Positions 1 through 8,545 of a stretch of DNA of 32,000 bases are shown here, in pieces. The number at the start of each line of letters is the position of its first letter. The stretch's first letter is position 1. Position numbers and translations under genes: made by a program. Origin of the DNA: Ferroglobus placidus DSM 10642. GTDB lineage: Archaea; Halobacteriota; Archaeoglobi; Archaeoglobales; Archaeoglobaceae. The notes below the pieces were generated by a model, which did not search any database, was not told the DNA's origin, and saw only the letters and a program-made list of their open reading frames with translations. The stretch is taken from NCBI RefSeq assembly GCF_000025505.1, contig NC_013849.1:2100001-2132000 (forward strand). Reading direction: 5' to 3'.

Positions 1-1278
1 ATGGTAGTCATCGTCGATGGAGTTAGAACGCCCGTTGGCAGGTTTGGGGGAAGCTTGGCGAGTCTGAAAGCTTACGAGCTCGGAAGCATCGCCATAAAGG
101 GTCTCCTTAAAAAGTTAAAAGTAAAACCCAAAGTCAGCGAAGAGTCCTACGAGTTTTACCCGGAGAAACTTCCGAAAGGAATGATCGAGCTTGAAAAGAA
201 GTACTTCGATTACGAGGGAGACGAATTAATTATTGACGAGGTCGTAATGGGTAATGTAATTCAGGCGGCTCAAGGACAGAATCCGGCAAGGCAGGCTTCG
301 ATTTTTGCCGGCATTCCTAAAGAAGTGCCAGCCTACACAGTGAACAAGGTTTGCGGCTCGGGATTGAAAGCAATAGCTTTAGCCGCTTCTGAGATAAAAG
401 CGGGGAACGCGAGGTGCATAATAGCTGGGGGGATGGAAAGCATGAGCAACTCTCCCTACGCTTCGCTTAAAGCCAGGTGGGGTTACAGAATGAGCATAAA
501 CGTTTACGATGAAGTTATAGATGTCATGGTTTACGACGGTCTCTGGGAGAAGTTCTACGGCTACCATATGGGAGTCACAGCGGAAAACATAGCGGAACTT
601 TATCAGATCAGCAGAGAAGAGCAAGACAAACTCGCTTTTGAGAGTCACATGAGAGCCGTTAAAGCCATAGACGAGGGGAAGTTCAAGGAAGAAATAGTTC
701 CGGTCGTTGTTAAGGAAAAGAAGGGGGAGAGAGTCGTTGACACCGATGAGCATCCGAGGAGGGATACGAGTTTGGAAAAACTGGCTAAGCTTCCACCGGT
801 CTTCAAGGAGGGAGGAACAGTAACTGCTGGAAACGCAAGCGGAATAAACGACGGAGCGGCAGCTTTGCTTGTTATGGACGACAAGGCAGCTGAAGAGAGC
901 GGACTCGATGCTAAAGTAAGAATCTTAAGTTACGCTTCAGCCGGAATCGATCCAGCTTACATGGGTCTCGGACCTATTCCGGCGATAAAGAAGGCTTGCA
1001 AGCTTGCTGGAGTTTCCTTAGACGACATCGATCTTATCGAGCTGAACGAAGCTTTCGCAGCTCAAGCTCTTGCAGTAATAAAAGAATTGAACCTCGATTT
1101 AAATAGGGTGAACGTCAACGGAAGCGGAATAAGCTTGGGACACCCCATAGGAGCTACCGGAGCGAGGATAACCGTCACGTTAATTCACGAGATGGAAAGG
1201 AGAAAAGCTGATCTCGGCTTGGCGGCGTTATGCATAGGTGGCGGAATGGGAATAGCGATGGTTTTCGAGAGAATCTAA
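1..1278 (+). CDS. acetyl-CoA C-acetyltransferase (thiolase II type)
   Basis: 425-aa ORF with thiolase catalytic motifs VNKVCGSG (nucleophilic Cys), NGSGISLGHPIGATG (His) and ALCIGGGMG (second Cys). The ATG sits at the window edge, so the true start could lie upstream. Confidence 0.9.
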   Translation: MVVIVDGVRTPVGRFGGSLASLKAYELGSIAIKGLLKKLKVKPKVSEESYEFYPEKLPKGMIELEKKYFDYEGDELIIDEVVMGNVIQAAQGQNPARQASIFAGIPKEVPAYTVNKVCGSGLKAIALAASEIKAGNARCIIAGGMESMSNSPYASLKARWGYRMSINVYDEVIDVMVYDGLWEKFYGYHMGVTAENIAELYQISREEQDKLAFESHMRAVKAIDEGKFKEEIVPVVVKEKKGERVVDTDEHPRRDTSLEKLAKLPPVFKEGGTVTAGNASGINDGAAALLVMDDKAAEESGLDAKVRILSYASAGIDPAYMGLGPIPAIKKACKLAGVSLDDIDLIELNEAFAAQALAVIKELNLDLNRVNVNGSGISLGHPIGATGARITVTLIHEMERRKADLGLAALCIGGGMGIAMVFERI

Positions 1279-1332
1279 TTTTCCCTTTTTCGGAAAAAAT
1301 TTTAAAAAAGAGTTCCCAAAGAATTTAGGAAA

Positions 1333-2490
1333 ATGTCAATATTCGTAACGTCGGATATCAGGGAGGGTAAGATAGAGAGAATCTACGCAAACACGAGGTA
1401 TCCTTCCGTTCAGGAGGGCTTGACTTTTTTTGATGCGGCAGAAAAACCGAAAATATCGGAAAAAGCTCCGGTAGAGAACAGAATGCTCTACTATGTCGTT
1501 TCCTTCAAACCGTCCCACGTTTTCATATCGAGAGACGTTCTTGGCTCGAAGCCTATATACTTCTCCGAAGATTTGACGATATCCTCGTTTAAATGGTACT
1601 TCGAAGAAGAGCCGATGAAAGTCTTGCCGGGAGAAGTTTTGAAGATTTCCTATGACGGAGAGGTAATTTACAGGAAAACCTACAGCTTCTTCGACGTTTT
1701 CGAGAAGAAAGCAGTAGATGACCCCGCTGAGGAGATAATAAAAATACTCGAAAAAGTAAAGATAAAAGACGCCTGCATCTCCTTCTCCGGAGGAGTCGAT
1801 TCGGGGCTTTTGGCTGGAATTTACGACGCCCCACTAATTTCCGTTACAGCTTCTGAAAAAGAGGAAGAGTGGTTGAGAGAAGCTGCCAACATGCTCGGGA
1901 AAGAGATCGAGATCTTCAGATTTTCAGCCAAGGATGTTAGAGACAACTTGAGGAAAATAGTCGGAAGCATCGAAACAACAAATACTCTCCAGGTTTCGAT
2001 AGCCGTGCCGGTTTATTTCGTAACAAAGTTTGCCAAGGAGCTCGGCTACAACAAAGTCGTTTTCGGACAAGGCGCTGACGAACTCTTTGGTGGATACAAG
2101 AGGTACGAGCACGTTGTCGGAAAAGCGTTGGAAGACGCGTTAATAGAAGATATAAGGAGAATAGGCGAGGAAAACCTTGAGAGGGACTCGAAGATAGCTT
2201 ACAAAAACGAAGTTATGCCGATCCTTCCCTACCTTTCCTTCGACATGATAGAGTTAGCTTTGGCGATTCCGGCAAGTGAAAAAGTAAAGAGGGTGGAGGG
2301 GAAAGTTATAAGGAAGTACGTGTTAAGAGAGGCGGCTAAAAAAGTTATTCCCGAGGAAATAGCGATAAGGGATAAAAAAGCGATCCAGTACTCTACCGGC
2401 ACGTACAAAATCCTCGAAAGGCTTGCGAGAGAGGAGAAACTTCCTCTTGATGAGTATCTTAAGAAAATCAGGTATGGAAGTAGTTCTTGA
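1333..2490 (+). CDS. asparagine synthase-like PP-loop ATPase; the N-terminal domain lacks the catalytic Cys
   Basis: Has the SFSGGVDSG PP-loop (SGGxDS) and an AsnB-like RDxLGxKPIY segment. The N-terminus is MSIF rather than MCG, so there is no Ntn glutaminase nucleophile. Confidence 0.65.
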   Translation: MSIFVTSDIREGKIERIYANTRYPSVQEGLTFFDAAEKPKISEKAPVENRMLYYVVSFKPSHVFISRDVLGSKPIYFSEDLTISSFKWYFEEEPMKVLPGEVLKISYDGEVIYRKTYSFFDVFEKKAVDDPAEEIIKILEKVKIKDACISFSGGVDSGLLAGIYDAPLISVTASEKEEEWLREAANMLGKEIEIFRFSAKDVRDNLRKIVGSIETTNTLQVSIAVPVYFVTKFAKELGYNKVVFGQGADELFGGYKRYEHVVGKALEDALIEDIRRIGEENLERDSKIAYKNEVMPILPYLSFDMIELALAIPASEKVKRVEGKVIRKYVLREAAKKVIPEEIAIRDKKAIQYSTGTYKILERLAREEKLPLDEYLKKIRYGSSS

Positions 2491-2851
2491 TTGCTTAAAA
2501 ATAAAATGTCACAAGTGCTGTGAAGAGACGGAAATGCAGCTGAGTAAAAGCGATATAAAGAGGATAGAGAAGCTCGGATACAAGGCTGACGAGTTCAGCG
2601 AAGTTAAAGACGGTGTGAGAGTTCTGAAAAACGTTGACGGCAAGTGCTTTTTCCTCAAAGATGGTAAATGCTCGATATACGAATCCAGACCTTTCGGCTG
2701 CAGGCTGTATCCGGTCGTGTGGGACGTTGAGAGGAAGAGAGCTGTAGTTCACGATTTTTGTCCTTTAGCAAGTTCAGTTAGCAAGATAACGCTGAAAAAG
2801 GTGGAGAGAGCTCTTAAAAAGCACATACTGTCGATTTTCGACGAGCTGTAA
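2474..2851 (+). CDS. YkgJ/UPF0153-family cysteine-cluster (Fe-S or zinc) protein
   Basis: Has a CHKCCEE N-terminal Cys cluster and the typical GKCFFLKDGKCSIYESRPFGCRLYP motif. I chose the ATG at 2474, which overlaps the upstream stop by 17 nt. The track ORF start at 2423 would overlap 68 nt. Confidence 0.7.
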   Translation: MEVVLDCLKIKCHKCCEETEMQLSKSDIKRIEKLGYKADEFSEVKDGVRVLKNVDGKCFFLKDGKCSIYESRPFGCRLYPVVWDVERKRAVVHDFCPLASSVSKITLKKVERALKKHILSIFDEL

Positions 2852-2890
2852 TCGATAAATTTAATTATAATCGATTCTTTAAAATTTTCC

Positions 2891-3697
2891 ATGGAAGTGA
2901 TCGAGCTCGTCGACGGAGTTAAGCTTTACAAGGTGGGGATAATGAACTACTACTACTTCGAGAAAGAAAAAGTGCTCTTCGAAGCCGGACTGACTTGCAG
3001 CGCCTCCAAGCTTTTGGAAGAGTTTGAAGAAGAGATTGAGTACATAGTAGTTCCTCACGGACATTTCGACCACGTCGCTGGATTGAGCGTTTTGCTCGAG
3101 CAGTATCCGGAAGCGAAAGTTGTCGCTCACGAAAATCTGGCTAAGCTGTTTGAAAAAGAGAAGGTCAGAGCTTCTTGGGTAAAAGACGATAGGGAGCTTT
3201 GCAAAAAGGCTTACGGAGACGAATACGACGTCGAATTCTCTGGAAGGGTGGATGTGACCGTAAGAGAAGGAGACGAGGTAAACGGGCTGGAAATAATTGA
3301 GAGCTTTGGACATTCGAAGGATGCGATTTCGCTTTATTCAAGGAAGCACAACGTCCTCTTAGCTTCGGATTACCTCGGCTACGTCACCTCTTCGGGAAAA
3401 ATTATTCCGATGTATTTTGCGGATTTCGATGAGTACGTAAAAACCCTCGAAAAGCTCGCAGCGATAAAGCCCTACGTTCTTGGGTTAAGTCACAACAGGT
3501 ACTTCGTAGGAAAAGAAGTCGACAGAATTTTTGAGATGGCAAAAGAGGAAACCTTAAAGCTTGCGGAAAAAGTAAAGGAGATGAGCGACGACGAGCTGTT
3601 CAAGTACTTCTACGTAGAAGAGATCAGTCTGTATCCCGAAGACACAATGAAAATCACCGCTGCAATGCTCAAGAAACGCGTCCTCGAGAGAGGATGA
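2891..3697 (+). CDS. MBL-fold metallo-hydrolase
   Basis: VVPHGHFDHVAG carries the HxHxDH metal-binding motif, with downstream His/Asp ligands (GHSKD, SHN). Confidence 0.8.
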   Translation: MEVIELVDGVKLYKVGIMNYYYFEKEKVLFEAGLTCSASKLLEEFEEEIEYIVVPHGHFDHVAGLSVLLEQYPEAKVVAHENLAKLFEKEKVRASWVKDDRELCKKAYGDEYDVEFSGRVDVTVREGDEVNGLEIIESFGHSKDAISLYSRKHNVLLASDYLGYVTSSGKIIPMYFADFDEYVKTLEKLAAIKPYVLGLSHNRYFVGKEVDRIFEMAKEETLKLAEKVKEMSDDELFKYFYVEEISLYPEDTMKITAAMLKKRVLERG

Positions 3698-4523
3698 AGT
3701 AAATTCCGGGGGAGTCTGCGATAATTGTACTCGCTCTGATAAGCAAAGCGAAGGCGATAGCTTTTTCCGGAGGAATGCCGAGAGTAGAGAAGACGAAAGC
3801 CGTTCCACCTTCGAAAAATCCAGCTCCGGCTGGAGTAAGAGGAATGAACATAGCGAGACTTAGCAGGGCTTGAAGGAGCATGGATTCGAAGAAACTGAGA
3901 TTCAAGTTCATAGCTTTAGAGACGAAGAACCACTGAGCTCCCACCAAGAACCAGCCGATCACCGTTAGAACGAGAAGTTCGGGAATGTACTTCCTCGTAA
4001 GCTTTGAATACTCCCTAATTTTTTCGATCCTCTTGAATTTAATCGGAATCGCATCCGTCCACAAGTAAAGCGAGGCTAAAACCGTTAAAAAAGCAGGGAA
4101 GGATAAAGCTACGAGCTCTTCCGGAGAGAGAAGGTAGAGAACTGCCAAGCTCGATCCGAAAACTTTCACGATCATCTCGACTGCCTGAGTGCTGAAAAGA
4201 GAAGCTGTAGAAACCCTGAAGTTTAGTCCGTACTTCTCCCCGAACTTGGGAAAGGCTAAATATCCCGACCTTCCCGGAGTCACGTCGCTCGTCACTATAG
4301 CTGCCATGTGAGCGCTAAATATTTTCGAGAAATCTGTGTTTTCTCCGAGTTTTTCGAAGAGGTAAAGCATCCTGTAAGCGAGAAGAAGGTTCAAGCTGAA
4401 ATAAGAGAGTACTGAAAGTAAGAAAAACTTAAGATCTGCCTCTAAAACGTATTTTACCGAGTCCTTGAAGGCGAAAATTATAAGAAAGAGAACCGCGATG
4501 CCAACCAATTTTTTAAAATCCAT
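3669..4523 (-). CDS. polytopic membrane protein, flippase-like / lysyl-PG-synthase TM-region (UPF0104)-like
   Basis: 284 aa with about 8 hydrophobic helices and TPGRSGY and PAGAGFFEG motifs reminiscent of UPF0104. The family call is from memory only. Confidence 0.5.
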   Translation of the reverse strand: MDFKKLVGIAVLFLIIFAFKDSVKYVLEADLKFFLLSVLSYFSLNLLLAYRMLYLFEKLGENTDFSKIFSAHMAAIVTSDVTPGRSGYLAFPKFGEKYGLNFRVSTASLFSTQAVEMIVKVFGSSLAVLYLLSPEELVALSFPAFLTVLASLYLWTDAIPIKFKRIEKIREYSKLTRKYIPELLVLTVIGWFLVGAQWFFVSKAMNLNLSFFESMLLQALLSLAMFIPLTPAGAGFFEGGTAFVFSTLGIPPEKAIAFALLIRASTIIADSPGIYFILSRGRVS

Positions 4524-4571
4524 GAATGCACGAGGGAGAATTTATTTAATTTAGTTTCGGAATTAAGGTTC

Positions 4572-4988
4572 GTGAGAAACTTCAGCGAGAAGGAAATCGA
4601 GGAAGTCAAGTTCATGCTAAGTCACTTAAAAACGATAGACGATAAGACAGACATAATAATCAAAGCATCTAACGGAGTTTTGACGCTGATAGTTGGAATC
4701 GTCGCTTTCATGATAGCCTTTGCTTCGGAGAAAATCACGGCTTACGACGTAATACTCGTGAGCGTTCCTATTTCCCTCGTCTTAGTTTCGATGGTTTCTT
4801 CTCTCTTATTGCTTTATCCTAAGTTTACTCAGCTCGTTTTCTTCGAAAGAGAAGATTTTCAGACGATCGAAAGGAGGTACTACTTAAGTTTGAAAAAGAA
4901 GAACTTCTGGATGAAAATTTCGGTGTTCTCGTTAGTTCTGGGAATTCTCTCGTTCATTCTGTGGTTTATGTACGTCGTTCTTCAATAA
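4572..4988 (+). CDS. hypothetical small membrane protein (3 predicted TM helices)
   Basis: 138-aa ORF with a GTG start and hydrophobic helices. The start is uncertain. Confidence 0.45.
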   Translation: MRNFSEKEIEEVKFMLSHLKTIDDKTDIIIKASNGVLTLIVGIVAFMIAFASEKITAYDVILVSVPISLVLVSMVSSLLLLYPKFTQLVFFEREDFQTIERRYYLSLKKKNFWMKISVFSLVLGILSFILWFMYVVLQ

Positions 4989-5509
4989 GCGTCGTAAAGC
5001 TTTTCTTTTCTTATGTACTCCCCTCTATCAACGAGGTTCTCAACGACAACCCTTCCCTCCTCGACTTTAAAAATTCTCTCTGCATCGAACCTCGTTTTTC
5101 CTATTCCGAGAATGTCTCCCCTTTTGTTGCAAACGAAGACGATGTCGTTTTCTCTAACATCTTCAGTTACGTCAATCACCGACTCTCGAAATATGTCTCT
5201 GCCGTAGAGAAAGAGCATTTCTCCTTTCTCGTTCACGTAAACTTTCTTTTTGTTTCTTTTTACTAAGAAAAAAGCACCTTCCAGAGTAAACCTGAACCTC
5301 TTACCCACTTCACCCACTTTTATTCCAAAGGAGACTTCGTTGAGCTTCCCTATAAATGCCTCTAAATCTTTAGAAGCGGCGTAAACTTCCTTCTTCTCTC
5401 CCTCTTTGACGTATATGGAAAAGTTGTCTAAGAAATCCACGCTTCCAAAAGCTGCAAGTGCCTTTCTTATGATTTTCAGTTCCTTCTTCGTTGGTCTTCT
5501 GATTTCCAT
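4982..5509 (-). CDS. PUA-domain protein, NIP7-like (ribosome biogenesis factor homolog)
   Basis: 175 aa with an N-terminal KKELKIIRKAL segment and a C-terminal PUA-like VFVCNKRGDILGIGKTRFD, as in archaeal NIP7 homologs. Confidence 0.65.
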   Translation of the reverse strand: MEIRRPTKKELKIIRKALAAFGSVDFLDNFSIYVKEGEKKEVYAASKDLEAFIGKLNEVSFGIKVGEVGKRFRFTLEGAFFLVKRNKKKVYVNEKGEMLFLYGRDIFRESVIDVTEDVRENDIVFVCNKRGDILGIGKTRFDAERIFKVEEGRVVVENLVDRGEYIRKEKLYDAY

Positions 5510-5895
5510 AGCTTTGAGAGGTAATTTATCAAGCTCGAATAATCTCCGTCGAACCTGAAGCTTTCAACGGTGTTAATTATTACCGCCTCACCGACTTTGT
5601 TCTTCAGCTCCTCCTTAACGTCTTCGCTGAAAACGACTTCTCCGTCCCTCGTCATCTCGTAGGACTCCATGTCTTCCTCTATCCCAACTATTTTGAACTT
5701 TTTCTTCAAAAAGTACGGCTTGCTTCTCTCTTCGAAAAACCTTATCCTGCAGAAAGTCTCTTCCGGAATTATAGACGTGTTTGCGTAAATGGCTTTAATG
5801 TTTATGCCCATCTCTCCTTTGCCGAGCTCCTCGCTAAACCCACCTATCTTCGAGAGGTATATGTCCGAAATTATCTCCCTCGGATACCTGTACAT
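5476..5895 (-). CDS. hypothetical protein
   Basis: 139-aa ORF with an ATG start and coding-like composition. Its 3' end overlaps the start of the downstream NIP7-like gene by 34 nt, which suggests co-transcription. No family recognised. Confidence 0.5.
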   Translation of the reverse strand: MYRYPREIISDIYLSKIGGFSEELGKGEMGINIKAIYANTSIIPEETFCRIRFFEERSKPYFLKKKFKIVGIEEDMESYEMTRDGEVVFSEDVKEELKNKVGEAVIINTVESFRFDGDYSSLINYLSKLWKSEDQRRRN

Positions 5896-5936
5896 CGGAA
5901 AAAGTTAGTTGAAAAAATGGTAATTAAAGATTTTGC

Positions 5937-6326
5937 TCATTTTTGCAAGTTCTTTCCGAGCTGTTTGAGAATGTTCAGGATCATTCCCAACGCTACCTTT
6001 ACATCCGGATCTCTGAGAGCCGCTATTAGATCTCTAATCCCGGCTGGCTTCGGTTCTTTTTCGCACATGCAGATAGCATCACCTATAGCGTTGAGCAACA
6101 TCAGAGCTCTGTCGTTTGTGAATTTGGCAGAGATTAAACCGAGATCCGTTATAACTTCCGCGTGCTTCAAAACCACCGCATCGCTTATCGAATCCTGAAT
6201 TAGTTTTATCAACGAAACGAGGTCTATTAAAGCGTCTAAGCTTCCGCTCTTCTCGAGCCATATCAGCTTCTCTACAGCCTTAGCGAGAACTTCCTCATTT
6301 TCCTCAACAACCTTCTGAACGCTCAT
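5937..6326 (-). CDS. DUF1641 domain protein
   Basis: Helical acidic protein of the type encoded next to SQR/NADH-dehydrogenase-like flavoproteins. I chose the ATG at 6326, which is preceded by GAGGTGAT. That Shine-Dalgarno-like motif overlaps the stop of the upstream gene. Confidence 0.65.
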   Translation of the reverse strand: MSVQKVVEENEEVLAKAVEKLIWLEKSGSLDALIDLVSLIKLIQDSISDAVVLKHAEVITDLGLISAKFTNDRALMLLNAIGDAICMCEKEPKPAGIRDLIAALRDPDVKVALGMILNILKQLGKNLQK

Positions 6327-6336
6327 CTCGATCACC

Positions 6337-7476
6337 TCACAGAATACCTCTCGCTGTTAACCAGTAAGCTTTGTTGTAAGCCATCTTCATCCAATGCACG
6401 AACTTGTTCGGCTTAACCGGCATCGGAGGCGTGTAGTAATCGAACCAGATGTACGTGGCTTCTTCGAATCCCGTCTCTATGAAACAGAAAGCCTTTCCCG
6501 TGTAAACGGCTGTCGGCGGATATCCTTTTATCTCAGCAGCTATGTTTTCGCTCACGACCTCAGCTTCGAAGTGAGCAACGCTTCCAGCTTTGCTAACCGG
6601 CAAGTTCGTAGCGTCTCCTACGGCGTAGGCGTTATCGTATCCCTCGACTTTCAGAGTAAATCTGTCCGTCGGAACGAATCCGCTTTTATCTCCAATTCCA
6701 GAGTCGAAAATTACCTTAGCTCCTTTGTGCGGAGGAATAGATATGAGCAAGTCGAAGCTTTCCTCTTCTCCTTCGAGCGTTATTATCTTCTTGTTCTTTG
6801 CATCAACTTCTAACGGATTGAAAAACGTTCTGTACTCTATTCCTCTCTCCTCGAACATCCTCTCGACCATTTCAGCAACCGGATCCATCGTAAAAACCTT
6901 GTTTATCGGGTAAGTGTAGACTATCTGACTCCTGTCTCTGATTCCGTGAAGCTTTAAAAAGTCGTGGAGCATGAAAGAAACTTCTATAGGAGCCACCGGA
7001 CATTTATGAGGAACCCCCATAACGCTCACGACTATCTTTCCTCCAGCAAAATTCGCTAAGGCTTCTCTTAGCTTTACAGCTCCCTCGTAATTGTAGAACC
7101 AGTAACCAGCTTCAGTTAATCCGGGGATTTCTTCCGGAGCAACTCTGCTACCAGTGGCTATGACGAGGTAATCGTAATCGTATTCGTTCTTGTCTGTGTA
7201 AACCTTTTCGTTGTCGAGGTCTATTTTCGTTGCAGTTTCGATTTTAAGATCGATTAGCGGGTCTACCAAATACTTTATCGGCATGAAAATGTCCGATTCG
7301 TGCAATCTGTTGAAGATTAAGTAGAGCAAACCAGGCTCGTAAAGCTGTTTATCCTTATCTGAAATTAGAGTGATCGAAACGTTCTTTCCCCTGATCTCGT
7401 CTCTTAGATGGCTTGCAAGGTAGTTTGCTGTTAGAGTCCCAGCTACCCCTCCTCCGACTATCACTATCTTCTTCAT
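6337..7476 (-). CDS. FAD-dependent pyridine nucleotide-disulfide oxidoreductase, sulfide:quinone oxidoreductase-like
   Basis: KKIVIVGGGVAGT is a Rossmann FAD motif. Candidate redox cysteines lie in PHKCPVAPIE and GKAFCFIETG, and there is an AVGDATN second FAD motif. I chose the ATG at 7476, which follows AGGTGGT. Confidence 0.8.
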   Translation of the reverse strand: MKKIVIVGGGVAGTLTANYLASHLRDEIRGKNVSITLISDKDKQLYEPGLLYLIFNRLHESDIFMPIKYLVDPLIDLKIETATKIDLDNEKVYTDKNEYDYDYLVIATGSRVAPEEIPGLTEAGYWFYNYEGAVKLREALANFAGGKIVVSVMGVPHKCPVAPIEVSFMLHDFLKLHGIRDRSQIVYTYPINKVFTMDPVAEMVERMFEERGIEYRTFFNPLEVDAKNKKIITLEGEEESFDLLISIPPHKGAKVIFDSGIGDKSGFVPTDRFTLKVEGYDNAYAVGDATNLPVSKAGSVAHFEAEVVSENIAAEIKGYPPTAVYTGKAFCFIETGFEEATYIWFDYYTPPMPVKPNKFVHWMKMAYNKAYWLTARGIL

Positions 7477-7501
7477 GGAAACCACCTAAAAAATTGAGAA
7501 A

Positions 7502-7738
7502 TTACTTGGTCTTCCTCACGACTATTCTCCAGTATCCGTCCTCTTCGAATACCCCGATAAGCTCGTGTCCAGCTTTCTTGACCCACTCGGGAATGTCCTT
7601 GGCTGAGCTTTTATCGCTCGACCAGACTTCAATTACTTTTCCGACTTCCTCCTCTTTGATCGCCTTTATCAATTCCATCAGAGGACCCGGGCAGTAGCTT
7701 CCTCTCGCGTCAATTACTCTGTCGGATTTTACTTCCAT
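7502..7738 (-). CDS. tusA: TusA/SirA-family sulfurtransferase
   Basis: [14 protein letters not shown] carries the CPxP active-site motif. The product is about 78 aa from the ATG at 7738, which follows GGAGGTGGTGGAG. Confidence 0.85.
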   Translation of the reverse strand: MEVKSDRVIDARGSYCPGPLMELIKAIKEEEVGKVIEVWSSDKSSAKDIPEWVKKAGHELIGVFEEDGYWRIVVRKTK

Positions 7739-7758
7739 CTCCACCACCTCCAAAAAAT

Positions 7759-8148
7759 TTAGATAAAGAGGACTTTCGCATCCTCAACCATTCCGAGGAA
7801 CTCGGAAACTCCTACCACGTCGTCGAAGACGTCAACGAACTCGTCCAAGCTGAGTCCGAGCATGTCCATTATCATTCCACAGGCGTAAATTTTCAGGTTT
7901 CCTACTTCCTTAGCTTGCTTTAGTGTGTCGATGAAAAGCGGAGCTCCTTTCTCTACCATTCCCTTTCCGAGTTCCCCCATCTTCCAAGCCTTCTTCTCGA
8001 CCACATCTTTCTTAAAAGCCATCAGTCCGTCCATCGTCGCGAAGATCAACACTTCCGTTCCAAGTGTGGAAGCGACGCTCGCTATGATGCTTGCCGCCTG
8101 CACTTTTTCAAGCTCTCCACTTGCCAGAACAATTGCCAGCTTACCCAT
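7759..8148 (-). CDS. DsrE/DsrF-family sulfur relay protein
   Basis: [10 protein letters not shown] start, DsrE-like fold pattern and a single conserved Cys in [10 protein letters not shown] chose the ATG at 8148, which follows GGTGGTGGTGA. Confidence 0.75.
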   Translation of the reverse strand: MGKLAIVLASGELEKVQAASIIASVASTLGTEVLIFATMDGLMAFKKDVVEKKAWKMGELGKGMVEKGAPLFIDTLKQAKEVGNLKIYACGMIMDMLGLSLDEFVDVFDDVVGVSEFLGMVEDAKVLFI

Positions 8149-8397
8149 TTTCACCACCACCAATATTCTTTTTCTAAGAAAGCTTTAATAAACCTTCTCG
8201 GTTTGTGATAAACCGACAAAAACCGTTTATTAATTATGTAAAAAATTTTCGAAGATGAATTTCCTGAATGAAAGAAGCTTAGCAGCTTTCAGCATCATTA
8301 ATTTTCATGTGTTTATATAATTATTCAACTACAATTAATTTTCAAAAAGCTCTGCTGCAAAAGTAATTTTCCGGAAATTAAAGAAGAGAAATTATCT

Positions 8398-8417
8398 CTT
8401 TGTGGTATACCACAAAG
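8398..8417. promoter_or_regulatory. perfect 20-bp palindrome CTTTGTGGTATACCACAAAG
   Basis: Read directly from the sequence. It lies in the 307-bp non-coding region between the divergent dsrE operon and tRNA-Ile, 54 bp upstream of the tRNA. Confidence 0.5.
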
Positions 8418-8470
8418 CTAATAAACAACGCTATGACAAAAAGTTATGTCTTAAAAATCCTAAAACTTAT

Positions 8471-8545
8471 GGGCCCGTGGCTCAGCCTGGTTAGAGCGCG
8501 CGCCTGATAAGCGCGAGGTCCGGGGTTCAAACCCCCGCGGGCCCA
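8471..8545 (+). tRNA. tRNA-Ile (anticodon GAU)
   Basis: A full cloverleaf was folded by hand. Acceptor GGGCCCG/CGGGCCC, D stem GCUC/GAGC, anticodon stem CGCGC/GCGCG with loop CUGAUAA, T stem CGGGG/CCCCG with loop UUCAAAC, discriminator A. No CCA is encoded and there is no intron. Confidence 0.9.

Noticed and set aside
379-2752. Assorted antisense or alternative-frame ORFs within the thiolase, AsnB-like and YkgJ genes (for example 379..753, 645..884, 1589..1834, 2495..2752)
   Set aside because: All overlap stronger ORFs that have catalytic motifs. Their translations are low-complexity or Arg-rich, as is typical for wrong frames.
4572-4988. Possible resemblance of the 138-aa membrane protein (IDDKTDIIIKASNGVLTLIVG... 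plus TM helices) to DUF5706/Pycsar-effector or SLATT-type defence effectors
   Set aside because: This rests only on a vague memory of an N-terminal D-x-K-A-s pattern. No cyclase or other defence partner is nearby and the neighbours are housekeeping genes. It is not supportable without an HMM search.
8255-8320. 21-codon ORF (MNFLNERSLAAFSIINFHVFI) in the long dsrE/tRNA spacer
   Set aside because: It is too short, has no SD-like motif, and lies in AT-rich sequence where such ORFs arise by chance.
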